DNA from: a virus
Strand: one strand, 5' to 3'
Length of the DNA stretch: 64,000 nucleotides
Virus record (IMG/VR): IMGVR_UViG_3300036818_000089
Location: 1 to 64,000 of that record
The notes under the pieces were generated by a model, which did no database searches, was not told the origin of the DNA, and worked only from the letters and a program-made list of their open reading frames with translations. A program made the translations under genes and the position numbers. Positions 45,141 to 55,115 of the stretch are shown here, in pieces (positions within the stretch are counted from its first letter, which is position 1; every line of letters starts with the position of its first letter).

Positions 45141-45500
45141 TCAGGGGGATGGGGGTAACTGCTGGGACATCGTCTTGACCTGCAGGCGCAGGAAGTTCAG
45201 TTCGGTCTGGGCGTCGGCCAGCTTCGAGTTCAAGTCCTCGGCTCTGGCGTTCGCGGACCGCAGTTGGCCGGTCATGTCGCGGATGGTGCGTTCGGCGCCG
45301 GAGAGCTTCGACTCCAACTCCTCCACCCGCTCCCGGTAGGGCTTGAGGAGTTCCACCGCCGACTTGACCACAAGGCGGTCGCCTTCGTCGGCCTGCTGGT
45401 CCCGCTCGGCGCGGCGTTTACGCCAGCCGTCGACGATGCCCCACAGGCCGGGGATCCACGCGGCCGCGCCGATCAGGCCGATCAGCAGCACGGCGTTCAC
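45141..45500 (-). CDS. TM plus coiled-coil lysis-region protein
   Basis: N-terminal TM helix, long heptad repeat. Confidence 0.7.
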   Translation of the reverse strand: MNAVLLIGLIGAAAWIPGLWGIVDGWRKRRAERDQQADEGDRLVVKSAVELLKPYRERVEELESKLSGAERTIRDMTGQLRSANARAEDLNSKLADAQTELNFLRLQVKTMSQQLPPSP

Positions 45501-45910
45501 GGCTTGTTCTCGCTTAGCGTGCGTCTGATGTCGCCGCTGATCTGCCGGTACCGCGCAGTGCAGGCGATCGCGAGCCCGACGATGACCGCGGTACCTGGCG
45601 AAGATGTCCAGCCGGCCACGACCACGACCTCAGCCTCGTAGGCGACCAGGAGGATGCCGATCATCAGGACGGCGCCTCGTTCGACGTACAGCGACCACAG
45701 CCACTTTGTGAGCGCGCCCGTGAGGCACAGTGCCAGCCCGAACGAGATGCTGGCCGCCCACACGTACACGTTCCACCGCGGCATCGCGTTGAGCGCCTTC
45801 GACCCGGACGTCGAGGGGCTGATGATGATGCTGAGGCAGCCGACCAGAAGCGCCGTGAGAATCCATATCTCGAACGGCGACTTGCTGGTGTGCACGATGT
45901 TGCGTGTCAC
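45497..45910 (-). CDS. 4-TM membrane protein (holin-like accessory)
   Basis: Four hydrophobic helices. Confidence 0.7.
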   Translation of the reverse strand: MTRNIVHTSKSPFEIWILTALLVGCLSIIISPSTSGSKALNAMPRWNVYVWAASISFGLALCLTGALTKWLWSLYVERGAVLMIGILLVAYEAEVVVVAGWTSSPGTAVIVGLAIACTARYRQISGDIRRTLSENKP

Positions 45911-45979
45911 GGTGTTTGGACCCCTGTCGCTGTGGTTGCGGCAGCCGCTGCGTGCACCTTCGCAGCGACCTCCGCCACG

Positions 45980-47242
45980 TCAGATCGCTTGGTAGGTGCC
46001 GGACAGCGGGTACGAGTACTGGTCGCTGGTGTTGCCGTAGTCGAGGCGCAGCGTGCCGTCCGTGTCCACGTTGAGCACCCCGACACCGGCCGCCGGGTTG
46101 GATCCGTGGGTGACCGCGTAGAAGCGCCGCTTCGGTGGCCACGCCGCGGCGACGGGCAGCGAACCGACCACCTGGTGCCCGTTGGCCACCAGGATGCCGC
46201 CGGCCGGTGGGATCACGTCGCCGTCCACCGTGACGGAGTTGCCGTCCACGGTGAAGGTCGGCGGGAACGCGGAGTTCGCGGTCCATCCGCCGGTGAGGGT
46301 GACCGGTGTTGCGGCCACGTGCGCCCGCGAGTTGTTGGCGACCGTCGTGTTGGTGCGGTCCCACGTGATCGTGGAGATCGGCTGCTGCCCGGTCCCGTCG
46401 TAGCCGCGGATCGTGTTGCCGGTGACCGTCGCCGACGCGCCCGACGCCCCGATCCCGGCCAGGAAGATCCCGATGTCCGCAGGGACCCGGCAGCCGGTCG
46501 AGTCGATGGCGTTCCCGGTGACCGTGCACCCGGTGGGTACCGTCAGCCGCCCCGCCGCCCCCGTCACCAGGGCGATCGACCGACGGGTCGCGGTCACCGT
46601 GTTGCCTGCGACGGTGATGCCCAGGCCGCCGTGCGTGTCGATGCCCTCCCAGTCGATCTGGTGGACGCGGTTGCCGATCGCGGTGCAGTACCGGGAGCGG
46701 GCTGCCTCAGCGGCTACCGGGTTGGTGTTGGGGTCCAGGTCGGTGAAGGCGATGCCGTACACGGACACCCCGCCGCCCGGCACCAGGTGACCGTCGGAGA
46801 TGGAGTTGTGGGACACATCGACCCGGTTTCCGGAGATCACGGTGACACCGGAGTCGATGTAGTCGCTGATCGCGTTGCCGCGGGCTGCCGAGTCGACGCA
46901 CCATTCGAGCCAGATGTTGATGCCGCGTGACCCGGACAGGGTGCAGTCCTTGACGCGCACACCGGACAGCGGCGCGGACTGGGTGCCCAGGGCGTAGATC
47001 AGCTTCTGGTTGTTGTCGCTGACCGCGTCACCCGGCCCGGCCGCGGTGACGTGTTCGATAGTGACGTCCGACGTACCGATCTCGAACAGCGGGCTCGTGG
47101 GGCACACGAACGTGCCGCCCCGAAGCCACGTCGGCAGGCCCACGGACAGCGGCGAGTCGACCTCGATGGTGACGGTCGGGTCGACGTCGATGACACCGCC
47201 GTCGAGCAGGGCTGCCTGCAGATCCGCCAAATTAGTGATCAC
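45980..47242 (-). CDS. right-handed beta-helix tail spike / depolymerase-like protein
   Basis: Repeated V.GN.I / T..GN rungs; EGIDTHGG. Confidence 0.7.
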   Translation of the reverse strand: MITNLADLQAALLDGGVIDVDPTVTIEVDSPLSVGLPTWLRGGTFVCPTSPLFEIGTSDVTIEHVTAAGPGDAVSDNNQKLIYALGTQSAPLSGVRVKDCTLSGSRGINIWLEWCVDSAARGNAISDYIDSGVTVISGNRVDVSHNSISDGHLVPGGGVSVYGIAFTDLDPNTNPVAAEAARSRYCTAIGNRVHQIDWEGIDTHGGLGITVAGNTVTATRRSIALVTGAAGRLTVPTGCTVTGNAIDSTGCRVPADIGIFLAGIGASGASATVTGNTIRGYDGTGQQPISTITWDRTNTTVANNSRAHVAATPVTLTGGWTANSAFPPTFTVDGNSVTVDGDVIPPAGGILVANGHQVVGSLPVAAAWPPKRRFYAVTHGSNPAAGVGVLNVDTDGTLRLDYGNTSDQYSYPLSGTYQAI

Positions 47243-47258
47243 GATTCGCTCCCCGTCT

Positions 47259-47936
47259 TTACCGGCCGCACATGAAGACGCCGACACATGTACAGGCGAT
47301 CTGATCGGTCGAAGTTGTGTTCACCTGGGCCGTGAGACTGACCCCCACGTTTTCGGAGCCGAATACCGTGACCGCTGTGACATCAAGTTGGCCCGTATCG
47401 AACGTGCCGAAAGTGGTCTGCGAAAAGGTGTCCACCAGAGCACCGTTCACATACAGCCGATACGTGGGTGTCGACGTGGCGCCGCTGGCCCTGCCGATGA
47501 CGCAGCGCATACCGATGTTCGGGTGCAACACCTGGGGGATGATGCCCCTCCACAGCTCCGTTTCCGTGGTGATGTGCGAGGCGCCGATCAGGTACTCGCC
47601 CAGGCCATCGGTGCCGCCACGGATACCGCCGCCGTTCCAGTCAGCCATCATCGGGACAGACAGGAACGGTGTGGACAGGCCTTCACCGGTTGTGCCGTCA
47701 GCCGAGAAGACGATGTTTCCGTTGCCGTCCCTGATGTGGCCGCCAGTAGCGAGATTGATGTCACCGCCGTTTTGAAAAGTGATGCTGCCGCCGTCGATGG
47801 TGATGCCACCCGAGCCGATCGCAGCGGCCGCAAGGGTCCTGTTGGAAAGGTTCGCGAGCGCTTTTTCCAGCCTGGCTACTCGCTGCTGGAGAGCATCATA
47901 CTGTGACCCGGGGATATGCGGCGGTGTGGTAACCAT
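47259..47936 (-). CDS. minor tail protein
   Basis: N-terminal coiled coil then Gly-rich beta region; tail position. Confidence 0.7.
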   Translation of the reverse strand: MVTTPPHIPGSQYDALQQRVARLEKALANLSNRTLAAAAIGSGGITIDGGSITFQNGGDINLATGGHIRDGNGNIVFSADGTTGEGLSTPFLSVPMMADWNGGGIRGGTDGLGEYLIGASHITTETELWRGIIPQVLHPNIGMRCVIGRASGATSTPTYRLYVNGALVDTFSQTTFGTFDTGQLDVTAVTVFGSENVGVSLTAQVNTTSTDQIACTCVGVFMCGR

Positions 47937-49090
47937 CAGTCCTCCATTGTTTGGAGAAGGTGAACGACCTGTCCCTGCTCGGACCCGTTCTGCAGACCCA
48001 AAATGCGCTGCGTGTACAGGCCGTCGAGCAGCCAGCAGTGCTCCTGCACGTTGTAGATGCCGGTGGCGCCCGCGTCGTAGCTGCCGAACGGGTAGTCGGC
48101 GTCGTCTTGGGCGACAGCCACAGCCCAGGTGGCGATCGGGCGGCCGGTGAGGGCTTGGGTGCCGTCTGACCAGGACTGGAGGGTCGCTTGGACGGTTTCA
48201 CCGGAGTGGCTGGTATCCACGTTCTCCAACAGCGGCCAGCCGTCGTCGGTGAGGCTGGGGTCGCTGGACCGTGCCCAGAGGGTGGCGTACTCGATACCGC
48301 CACCCTTTTCGTAGGTGGTGGTCGACAGATTCGAGCCGTCGTCTGTGGGCAAGATCGATACCGCGTTACCTGGATAGTCGAACACCAACGGGCGCCCGGA
48401 TGTGGCCAGCGTGGGGTTGCCGATCAGCGCCTGGTGGCGGACATGCCCGTCGCCGGTCAGGTAGGGCTTGAGCAGGATGTCCGGGCCACCTTCGCCCTGG
48501 GTGAGTTCCTGCAGGCGTTGACCAGCCGAGATCAGTTCGTAGCCGAAGTAGGTTTGGGTGGCCGTCCCGCCGATCGGGCCCGGCAGGTCCAGCGGATAGG
48601 GCTGCCGGGCGAGTGCGTTGGTGAGGATCGCGACGGCGATGCCCTGCAAACTGGACGTGTAGGTGGTGTCCGCGCCGCCGGCCTGCGCCAACGACACCCC
48701 CGGCCAGGTCGATGCGATCTGCGCGAGCTTCCGCAGCAGCGGCCAAAACCCGGTGCCCCCGATTTTCAGGATCGGTGGCTGCTCACTCACCAACTGGCAG
48801 GCCGTGAGCGGCCCGGCCTGGCACACATAGTCGGTGCCCGACCCGTCGCCCCAGCAGATCGCTACGGAATGACGCCACTTGTCGGTGACCGCATGCAACT
48901 CGGTCTTAGTTTTGCCTGACGAGCCGTCGTCCGGGCCGATCTGGGTGGTGATCGACCAGGTGCCGTCCGCGTCGATGGTCTGGTTCCACTGCGGCATGGC
49001 CTGCAACGGGATCTCGTCCACGATCCGGCCGCTGACAGTGAGGTAGACCAGGGCGTAGTAGCCGACCTCGACGTCGATGGCGGAGGTCAC
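47936..49090 (-). CDS. minor tail (hub) protein
   Basis: Size, synteny, L.EL...EGGPD motif. Confidence 0.7.
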   Translation of the reverse strand: MTSAIDVEVGYYALVYLTVSGRIVDEIPLQAMPQWNQTIDADGTWSITTQIGPDDGSSGKTKTELHAVTDKWRHSVAICWGDGSGTDYVCQAGPLTACQLVSEQPPILKIGGTGFWPLLRKLAQIASTWPGVSLAQAGGADTTYTSSLQGIAVAILTNALARQPYPLDLPGPIGGTATQTYFGYELISAGQRLQELTQGEGGPDILLKPYLTGDGHVRHQALIGNPTLATSGRPLVFDYPGNAVSILPTDDGSNLSTTTYEKGGGIEYATLWARSSDPSLTDDGWPLLENVDTSHSGETVQATLQSWSDGTQALTGRPIATWAVAVAQDDADYPFGSYDAGATGIYNVQEHCWLLDGLYTQRILGLQNGSEQGQVVHLLQTMED

Positions 49091-50223
49091 GCCGGTTGCG
49101 ATTCGGTGTAGGGATTGGCAGCCGTCGCGGTGCCACCGCCGGACTCATGCCACAGCAGGAACATGTTGTATGTCGACCCGGGTGTCAAACCGGTCACGGT
49201 CCTGGACCTGTAGCCGGGCAGCACAGATTGGCCGTTGGCCTGCAGGCTTGACGCGTCTGTGATGGCGGACACCACTGTCCCGGACCCGACCGTTGAACCC
49301 TGAGCGACAGATGCGCCGATGAACATCGTGGAACCGCTGGCCAGCGAGTGGAAACAGTTGGCGCCCCACCCGATGCGCACGGTGCCCGAAGCAGGCGCGA
49401 TGAACGAGTGGCCGACTACTGCGGCGCTCACCGTCATTGCCGCGTTGGCAGAGTTCGTGGTGGTGGCGTTCCCGCTCACCGGAACGTTGTGCACCGACGC
49501 GCCGGTCAGGTCGGTGACGCGCACCCAAACGCGGTTGGCGGCGTCCCACCGGTCGATGGTGAAGCCGCCGATCGCTACGGTGTCGCGCATCTCGCCGACC
49601 ATGAACCCAGGGTCGGTGAGCAGATCCCCTTCCAGCAGGGGCCGTATCGTGCCGCGCAACGCGGTCGACTTCCGCTTGAAACTGATCATGCCGGTGGTCA
49701 CGGTCGAGGTGGTCGCCGGGAGCAGCACCTGCGCCAAGGGAATCGAGTTGGCAGGCGCAGCCGGCACCGCAGGTGTCCCGGACGCCACCCCGGTGGTCAC
49801 CACGATCTGGGTCAGCGACACGCCACCGTTATCGCCGAGCGCGCCGTCCAACACCTGCAAGTCGACCCGGTCGATGCGAGAGTTGGTGGCGTCGGCCGTC
49901 GCGAGCGTGACCGGCACCGAGGTTTCGCTGACTACCACGTACGAGCCGACCTTCGTGGTCCGCTCAACCACGGCGACACCGGCGCGCACAGTGCAGGTCA
50001 AACCGCTGGACGGTTCCAGCACCCAGCAGGTCGGGTTAGGGAATCCGCTGTCGGACGGCCCGACCAGGCAGCCGGGTCGGGAGGTCGCCATATTGGTGAG
50101 CGACCCCTCCGCCAGGAATCCGAGGTCGTGGAACCGGCCGCCCTGCGCGGAGTTGGTGGATTGGATGGTCCACGTGACACCGGGGTGCGTGCTGCCGATT
50201 ACCCCGTTGACTGCGCCTGCCAT
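49087..50223 (-). CDS. minor tail protein
   Basis: ADAT..RIDRV, G....P..P..P.N..PLAQV motif. Confidence 0.75.
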   Translation of the reverse strand: MAGAVNGVIGSTHPGVTWTIQSTNSAQGGRFHDLGFLAEGSLTNMATSRPGCLVGPSDSGFPNPTCWVLEPSSGLTCTVRAGVAVVERTTKVGSYVVVSETSVPVTLATADATNSRIDRVDLQVLDGALGDNGGVSLTQIVVTTGVASGTPAVPAAPANSIPLAQVLLPATTSTVTTGMISFKRKSTALRGTIRPLLEGDLLTDPGFMVGEMRDTVAIGGFTIDRWDAANRVWVRVTDLTGASVHNVPVSGNATTTNSANAAMTVSAAVVGHSFIAPASGTVRIGWGANCFHSLASGSTMFIGASVAQGSTVGSGTVVSAITDASSLQANGQSVLPGYRSRTVTGLTPGSTYNMFLLWHESGGGTATAANPYTESQPA

Positions 50224-50238
50224 GCGTTTTCCCCCGGC

Positions 50239-51138
50239 TTAGTAGGCGTCCGATGCGGACACGGTGAGGGTGGGTGTACCGGCCGATGTGCCCTGGAACT
50301 GCACTGTCACGGAGGACTGCGCAGGCAGTGACCACCATTGGGCGACGGTCAGGTTGGGGCGGAACGGCACGTTGTTTTTGGTGACGGCCCGGTTGATCGG
50401 GTTGGACCGCAGCACGACCGTGTCGCTGGCCGCGAGGGTGTCGGTGAACACCAGTTGGCGGCCGTCGGGTCCGACGATGGTCGGGTTGGTGACCGGCCCG
50501 ACGATCGTGAAGGTGGGCCACGTCTTGACTTGGCCGTTGTTGGTCAAGGTGATCAGGCCGAGCGACGTGACCGTCCCCCAGTCCAGGCCGCCCGTGCTGC
50601 CACCGGTCCAGTCGAGGCCGCCGCCGGTGGACCAGTCCAGGCCACCCGACCCGGACGGCAGCCCCGTGGACTGGCTCACCAGCGCCCCGTACAGCGACGG
50701 GTCGACGGCAGACAGGGTGAGTTGCCAGTCGAACTCGCCCGCCGACGCCGGCGTCGCCTTAGGCTGCCCGGCGCGTTCAACCAGCGCAGTGAGAGTCAGG
50801 CCGTCCAGGTAGGTGACGGTCAGCGTGTCCTGGCCGCCGTTGACCAGCAGATTCACAAAAGCGCGGCGGGACGCCTCGGTGCCGGCGACCGACGAACCGC
50901 GGGCCCACCCGGAGATGGTCATCTGGCGGGGGATGCGGAAGTTCCGGGACCGTTGGGCGCCGTCAGCGTTCGGGAACGGCGACTGGTTGAGCCGCACATC
51001 GGGGCCGTCGAAGATCCCGGTGGTGCCGGGCCGCACAGCCCATGTGGTGCCGTTCGCGTCCGTCACACCCGTGTCGCCGGCGGACCAGGCGCCGAGCACG
51101 TAGAGCGGACTGGACAAGGCCACGGTCATGTCAGCCAC
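50239..51138 (-). CDS. distal tail (Dit-like) protein
   Basis: Follows tape measure; N.G....WP.F.I.GP..NP; GGLDW x3. Confidence 0.75.
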   Translation of the reverse strand: MADMTVALSSPLYVLGAWSAGDTGVTDANGTTWAVRPGTTGIFDGPDVRLNQSPFPNADGAQRSRNFRIPRQMTISGWARGSSVAGTEASRRAFVNLLVNGGQDTLTVTYLDGLTLTALVERAGQPKATPASAGEFDWQLTLSAVDPSLYGALVSQSTGLPSGSGGLDWSTGGGLDWTGGSTGGLDWGTVTSLGLITLTNNGQVKTWPTFTIVGPVTNPTIVGPDGRQLVFTDTLAASDTVVLRSNPINRAVTKNNVPFRPNLTVAQWWSLPAQSSVTVQFQGTSAGTPTLTVSASDAY

Positions 51139-54100
51139 CCACCGACGTCATCAGGTCCCACTGGGTCTGCGCAGATACGCGGTGCGCCAGCTCGTAGGCG
51201 GAGTCGTTGTCCCGCACCGAGATGTGGTTGTGGATCTCTACCGAGGTCGTCTTCGTCGTGCCGGTCGAGACGCCCTGGTTCGCGGCGGCTGCGGCGATCA
51301 GCGACCGGGAGCGTTGCGACCCGTCCAGCGGGGCGAAAAGTTCCGGTTTGGTCATGTTGTCGCCGATGACGCGCCACGTGTCCGGCGGCACCACCGTGGC
51401 CACCGACCCGGACATGGGGGTCAGGCCCTGCGCTGGGACGTCAACGTTGCCGACAGCGTTGGGCTGGATCAGGCCGCCGTGCGCGAACCCCGAGCCGGGA
51501 CCGGCGTGGATCTGCCCGGTCGACACGTTCACCCGGATCGTTTTGCCTGAGTTGGTGCGGATGATCTGGTTGACCGCTGAGGTGACCGCGTCATGCGCGG
51601 TGACTGTGACCGTGCCGTTGGGCAGGTGGGTCACGTCGAACCCGAGCGTCTTGAGCCGTGCTTCAGCGGCCGCAGTCAGTCCGGTCACAGTGACCGGTGT
51701 GTTCGGCGGCAGGTTCTCCAAGGACCGCTGGACCTGCCCAATGTTCTGGAACGCCAGCGTCGCACCGGGAGTGGTGATAGCGGTAGCGACCTGGGAGGGG
51801 ATCCCGCCGTAGGCTTCGATCAGGTCGAGCGCATGCTGCCTGGATATCCCCAGGCTCTTGGCCAGCGGGCCGACCAGCTCGTTCACCAGGTCCTGCGTCT
51901 TGGAGGTGACCTGTTGCTGCGTGTCGCCCTGGTTGGCCAGGGCCGATGCGTAGGTGCCGATCTGGTCCACGACCTGCTTGATCGCGTCCCGAGCGACCTG
52001 GCCCTTCTGCGACCACAGGTCCAGGCCACCCTGAGCGTTGAACAGTGGCCCCTTAGTGCCGGACAGTTGCGTCGACAGATCCTGTACGGCTTTCGCCGCG
52101 CCCTCGATCGCGTCGTCGGCGGTCTCGGCGCCGCCCTCGGCCATCTGGTGCATCTGGTCCAGCAGCGCCTGCAGCTTCGCCGACGCCGTCGACGAATCGT
52201 CGCCGAGGACCTTGGTGTCCGCGCCGATCTGCTCGATCTGCCCGGACAGACCAGGCAGGAACCCGGTCTGCTGCTCCCAGATGGCGGTCTGAATCTGTTG
52301 CGCGGCTGCCGACCCGAGGAACGCGTTCCGCAGGCCACCGAGGTGGTTGGCCAGCACGTCCGCCGCCTGCGAGTTGGCCTGCTGGGCGTCGGTGCTGTTA
52401 CCGGTCGCGTTGTACTGCTGCTGCACGCCGGCGATGTAGTCCTGCAGTCGCCCCTTCACCGAGTCCAGCGCGGTCCCGCCCTGTTCAACGGCGGACGCGA
52501 ACGTGGCCTGTGAAATCCCGGACGCGGCGAGCACGTTGGCCAACTGGACGTGCGTGAAAATCTGGTCACCCGTGGCCGCGGTGTTGAGCACCGTCTGGGT
52601 GTGCTGCAGCACCGCCGAGTTGATCTGTGTTGTGGTGGCGTCCTCAACGCCTCGCAGCGCGGTGTCCAGGTCGTCGCTGGACGATGCCTGCTTCTGTGTG
52701 GCGGCTGCGGCCTTGTCCTGCTGATCGGACAACACCCCGGTCAACGCGGACAGGCCAGCCACGGCGATACCGACATAGGGCAGGCCGCGGGCCAGCCCAC
52801 CCAGGCCGCCGGTGATGCCGGTCGTGGACTCGATCAACCGGTTCGCGCCGCCCAGCAATGCGCTGGACTCCAACGACACAGCCCAGCCCTCTGTCGCGGT
52901 CTGCAGCGCCCGAAACACGGGCACACCGATCGCGGCGGCCGCGGCCATCGCACCGACTTCGGGTCCGATCGGGCCCAGCACCGATTCGGCGTCGTCGAGG
53001 GTGCCGACCACCGTGTGCAGGACACCGTCCAGCGCGGGCAACGCGCCCTGCGCCAAGTTCGCGGTGATCCCGACGAGGTCGCCGATGCCGTGACCGACCG
53101 TGCCGACGATCTGCCCTACTTCTGACAGGTCGGAGCCGATAGCGCCCGACGACGACGCCGTCTGGTTAGCGACGTCCGCGATCGCGTTACCGATGCTGCG
53201 TTCGACATCGGCGAGGCCCTGCGCGATCGGCTGCGACCGGGCCAGCGCGTTGTCCAGCGCCGGCAGCGTGGTCTGCGCCAGTCCGACGAGGCCGTCGGTG
53301 AGCGGCTTCACATCTTGCGCGGCGTGCTCGAACATCGACGACAACCGCGGCTGCTCACCGACAACGAGATCATCGATCCGTGTCAACGCGCCCTGGATCG
53401 GGGGCACCATCGACGTGGCGGCATCCGTGGCCGCCGACTTCGCGTCCTGGGACAGTGATTGCCACCCGGCCTGGATCTGGGTGTTGCCCTTCTCCAGGTA
53501 GGCACCCAGCGCGGTCAGCCCGATCGACGTGCCGGCGATCAGCGCGCCACCAATGAGGGGGCCGCCTGCGATGACGGCCAGCCCGATCGCGGAGGCCAGG
53601 GCAGATCCTGTGGCGGAGCCGGTCTTCTTCACAGCGTCCTGGTCCAGCACGGGTTCGACGGGGATCTGGGCCTGGACCTCGGCTCGGACCTCCTCCGCGA
53701 GCGCCAGCACCTCTGTTTTGAACCGGTCACCTGCAGCCATCTGGACCGGGATGTCCTGGTGCACGGCGGATTCGATCTCGCCGATCGCGATCAGAACCTG
53801 CTCGCGGTACTCCGCCATCTCCGGGTTGACCGGAAGGTTCACCGCGTCAGCGGAAATCCCTTTCAGTTCGGCTTTGACCCTCGCCCGCCACGCCTCGGTG
53901 ATCGGATCCTCGGCCTCGGTTGGTACCTCAACCGCGGGCAGGTTCTCGATCATTTCGCGGGCCTTCTCGTACCGCACTTCCCACGAGTCCGTGGACAGCA
54001 CGGTCGGCACCAAGATCGGCACACCGGTCGAGATCCGAACCCTGGCCTCGTCGACCTTCCGCTGGCCAGGCTCGCCGAGCTCCGTGGGCACATCCGCGGG

Positions 54101-54772
54101 GTCTTCGCCCTCCAACGCCGCGCGGGCACGATCCACCGGCGTCTCGGAAGGCCGTTCAAGCTGGGTCGGCACCTGGAACGCTGGCTCGGCTTGGAGGGCC
54201 GCCCGTTCGGTCTGGATAGCGGCCTGCGACGGCGTACCAAGCTCGGTCGGCAGTTGCAGAGGAGGCTCGCGGTCCAGGTCAGACTGCAGGTCCCGGACCT
54301 CGGACTCGGTGGGTGCGCCGAGCTCCGTGGGGATCGACAGCGGCCCCGAGCCGGAGACGCTGCTGCGGGCTTCCTCCACCACCTGCCCGCCTGGGGTGCC
54401 CATGGAGGTGGGGATCTGGATCGGCGGTTCATGCTGTACCTGCTCACGGATCGCATCCAGGCCGGCCGTGTCCGGCAGGTCCAGTTGGGTGCGCACGTCG
54501 AGCGGCGCTTCACCTTCGATCTCGGCGCGGACCTCGGTCAGCCGCACCGTGTCGGGGAGTTGAAGTTCGGTGCCGAGTTCGATCGGTGCTTCGTCGGACA
54601 GCCGGGTGCGTACGGCGTCGATCTGGGCGGTGTCGGGGTCGGACAGCGACGTCCGCAACTGGATCGCCGGTTTCGCGGCGAGTTCGTCGTGGATGCGTTC
54701 GTAGTCGGTCTCGGTGCTGTCTTCGAGCCGGATCTCCACATAGCCTTCGGCGATCTTGAACCCGTCTGGCAT
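51131..54772 (-). CDS. tape measure protein
   Basis: ~1210 aa, Ala/Gly-rich helical; follows tail chaperones; F.IAEGYVEI N-terminus. Confidence 0.88.
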   Translation of the reverse strand: MPDGFKIAEGYVEIRLEDSTETDYERIHDELAAKPAIQLRTSLSDPDTAQIDAVRTRLSDEAPIELGTELQLPDTVRLTEVRAEIEGEAPLDVRTQLDLPDTAGLDAIREQVQHEPPIQIPTSMGTPGGQVVEEARSSVSGSGPLSIPTELGAPTESEVRDLQSDLDREPPLQLPTELGTPSQAAIQTERAALQAEPAFQVPTQLERPSETPVDRARAALEGEDPADVPTELGEPGQRKVDEARVRISTGVPILVPTVLSTDSWEVRYEKAREMIENLPAVEVPTEAEDPITEAWRARVKAELKGISADAVNLPVNPEMAEYREQVLIAIGEIESAVHQDIPVQMAAGDRFKTEVLALAEEVRAEVQAQIPVEPVLDQDAVKKTGSATGSALASAIGLAVIAGGPLIGGALIAGTSIGLTALGAYLEKGNTQIQAGWQSLSQDAKSAATDAATSMVPPIQGALTRIDDLVVGEQPRLSSMFEHAAQDVKPLTDGLVGLAQTTLPALDNALARSQPIAQGLADVERSIGNAIADVANQTASSSGAIGSDLSEVGQIVGTVGHGIGDLVGITANLAQGALPALDGVLHTVVGTLDDAESVLGPIGPEVGAMAAAAAIGVPVFRALQTATEGWAVSLESSALLGGANRLIESTTGITGGLGGLARGLPYVGIAVAGLSALTGVLSDQQDKAAAATQKQASSSDDLDTALRGVEDATTTQINSAVLQHTQTVLNTAATGDQIFTHVQLANVLAASGISQATFASAVEQGGTALDSVKGRLQDYIAGVQQQYNATGNSTDAQQANSQAADVLANHLGGLRNAFLGSAAAQQIQTAIWEQQTGFLPGLSGQIEQIGADTKVLGDDSSTASAKLQALLDQMHQMAEGGAETADDAIEGAAKAVQDLSTQLSGTKGPLFNAQGGLDLWSQKGQVARDAIKQVVDQIGTYASALANQGDTQQQVTSKTQDLVNELVGPLAKSLGISRQHALDLIEAYGGIPSQVATAITTPGATLAFQNIGQVQRSLENLPPNTPVTVTGLTAAAEARLKTLGFDVTHLPNGTVTVTAHDAVTSAVNQIIRTNSGKTIRVNVSTGQIHAGPGSGFAHGGLIQPNAVGNVDVPAQGLTPMSGSVATVVPPDTWRVIGDNMTKPELFAPLDGSQRSRSLIAAAAANQGVSTGTTKTTSVEIHNHISVRDNDSAYELAHRVSAQTQWDLMTSVGG

Positions 54773-54780
54773 GTGTGCTG

Positions 54781-55110
54781 TCACCCCCTCCCGAAGCTGA
54801 TGACCGTGGACAGGACCGGGTCGGCCGCTACCGCAGCCGCCGTGGCGGGCACCTCACGGACCGCCGGATCGCGTGGTGCCGCAGGCTGCGGCACCGGTTG
54901 GGCTGGCGCAGGCGCCGCGTTGGCGACGTGTTGGGCATGCCCGGCCGCACGCACCGCGCCCGGGTAGTGGACGAGCAACTCGGCCAACATCACGAGCCGT
55001 ACCGCCTCGACGTCCTCGATCCGGTCGATGCGGTGCAGCACGGAGAAGTCGGACCGCAGTTCGTCCAGGTGCCCCACGAACAGCGGCAGCAGCTGCTGCA
55101 GCCGCTGCAC
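54781..55110 (-). CDS. tail assembly chaperone, frameshift-extended (GT) part
   Basis: In the -1 frame of the upstream chaperone. Confidence 0.75.
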   Translation of the reverse strand: MQRLQQLLPLFVGHLDELRSDFSVLHRIDRIEDVEAVRLVMLAELLVHYPGAVRAAGHAQHVANAAPAPAQPVPQPAAPRDPAVREVPATAAAVAADPVLSTVISFGRG

Positions 55111-55115
55111 GAGGG

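Noticed and set aside
688-45141. CRISPR array interpretation of the repeated motif or the 32.3 kb repeats
   Set aside because: Repeats are too short, dispersed or irregularly spaced; no cas genes
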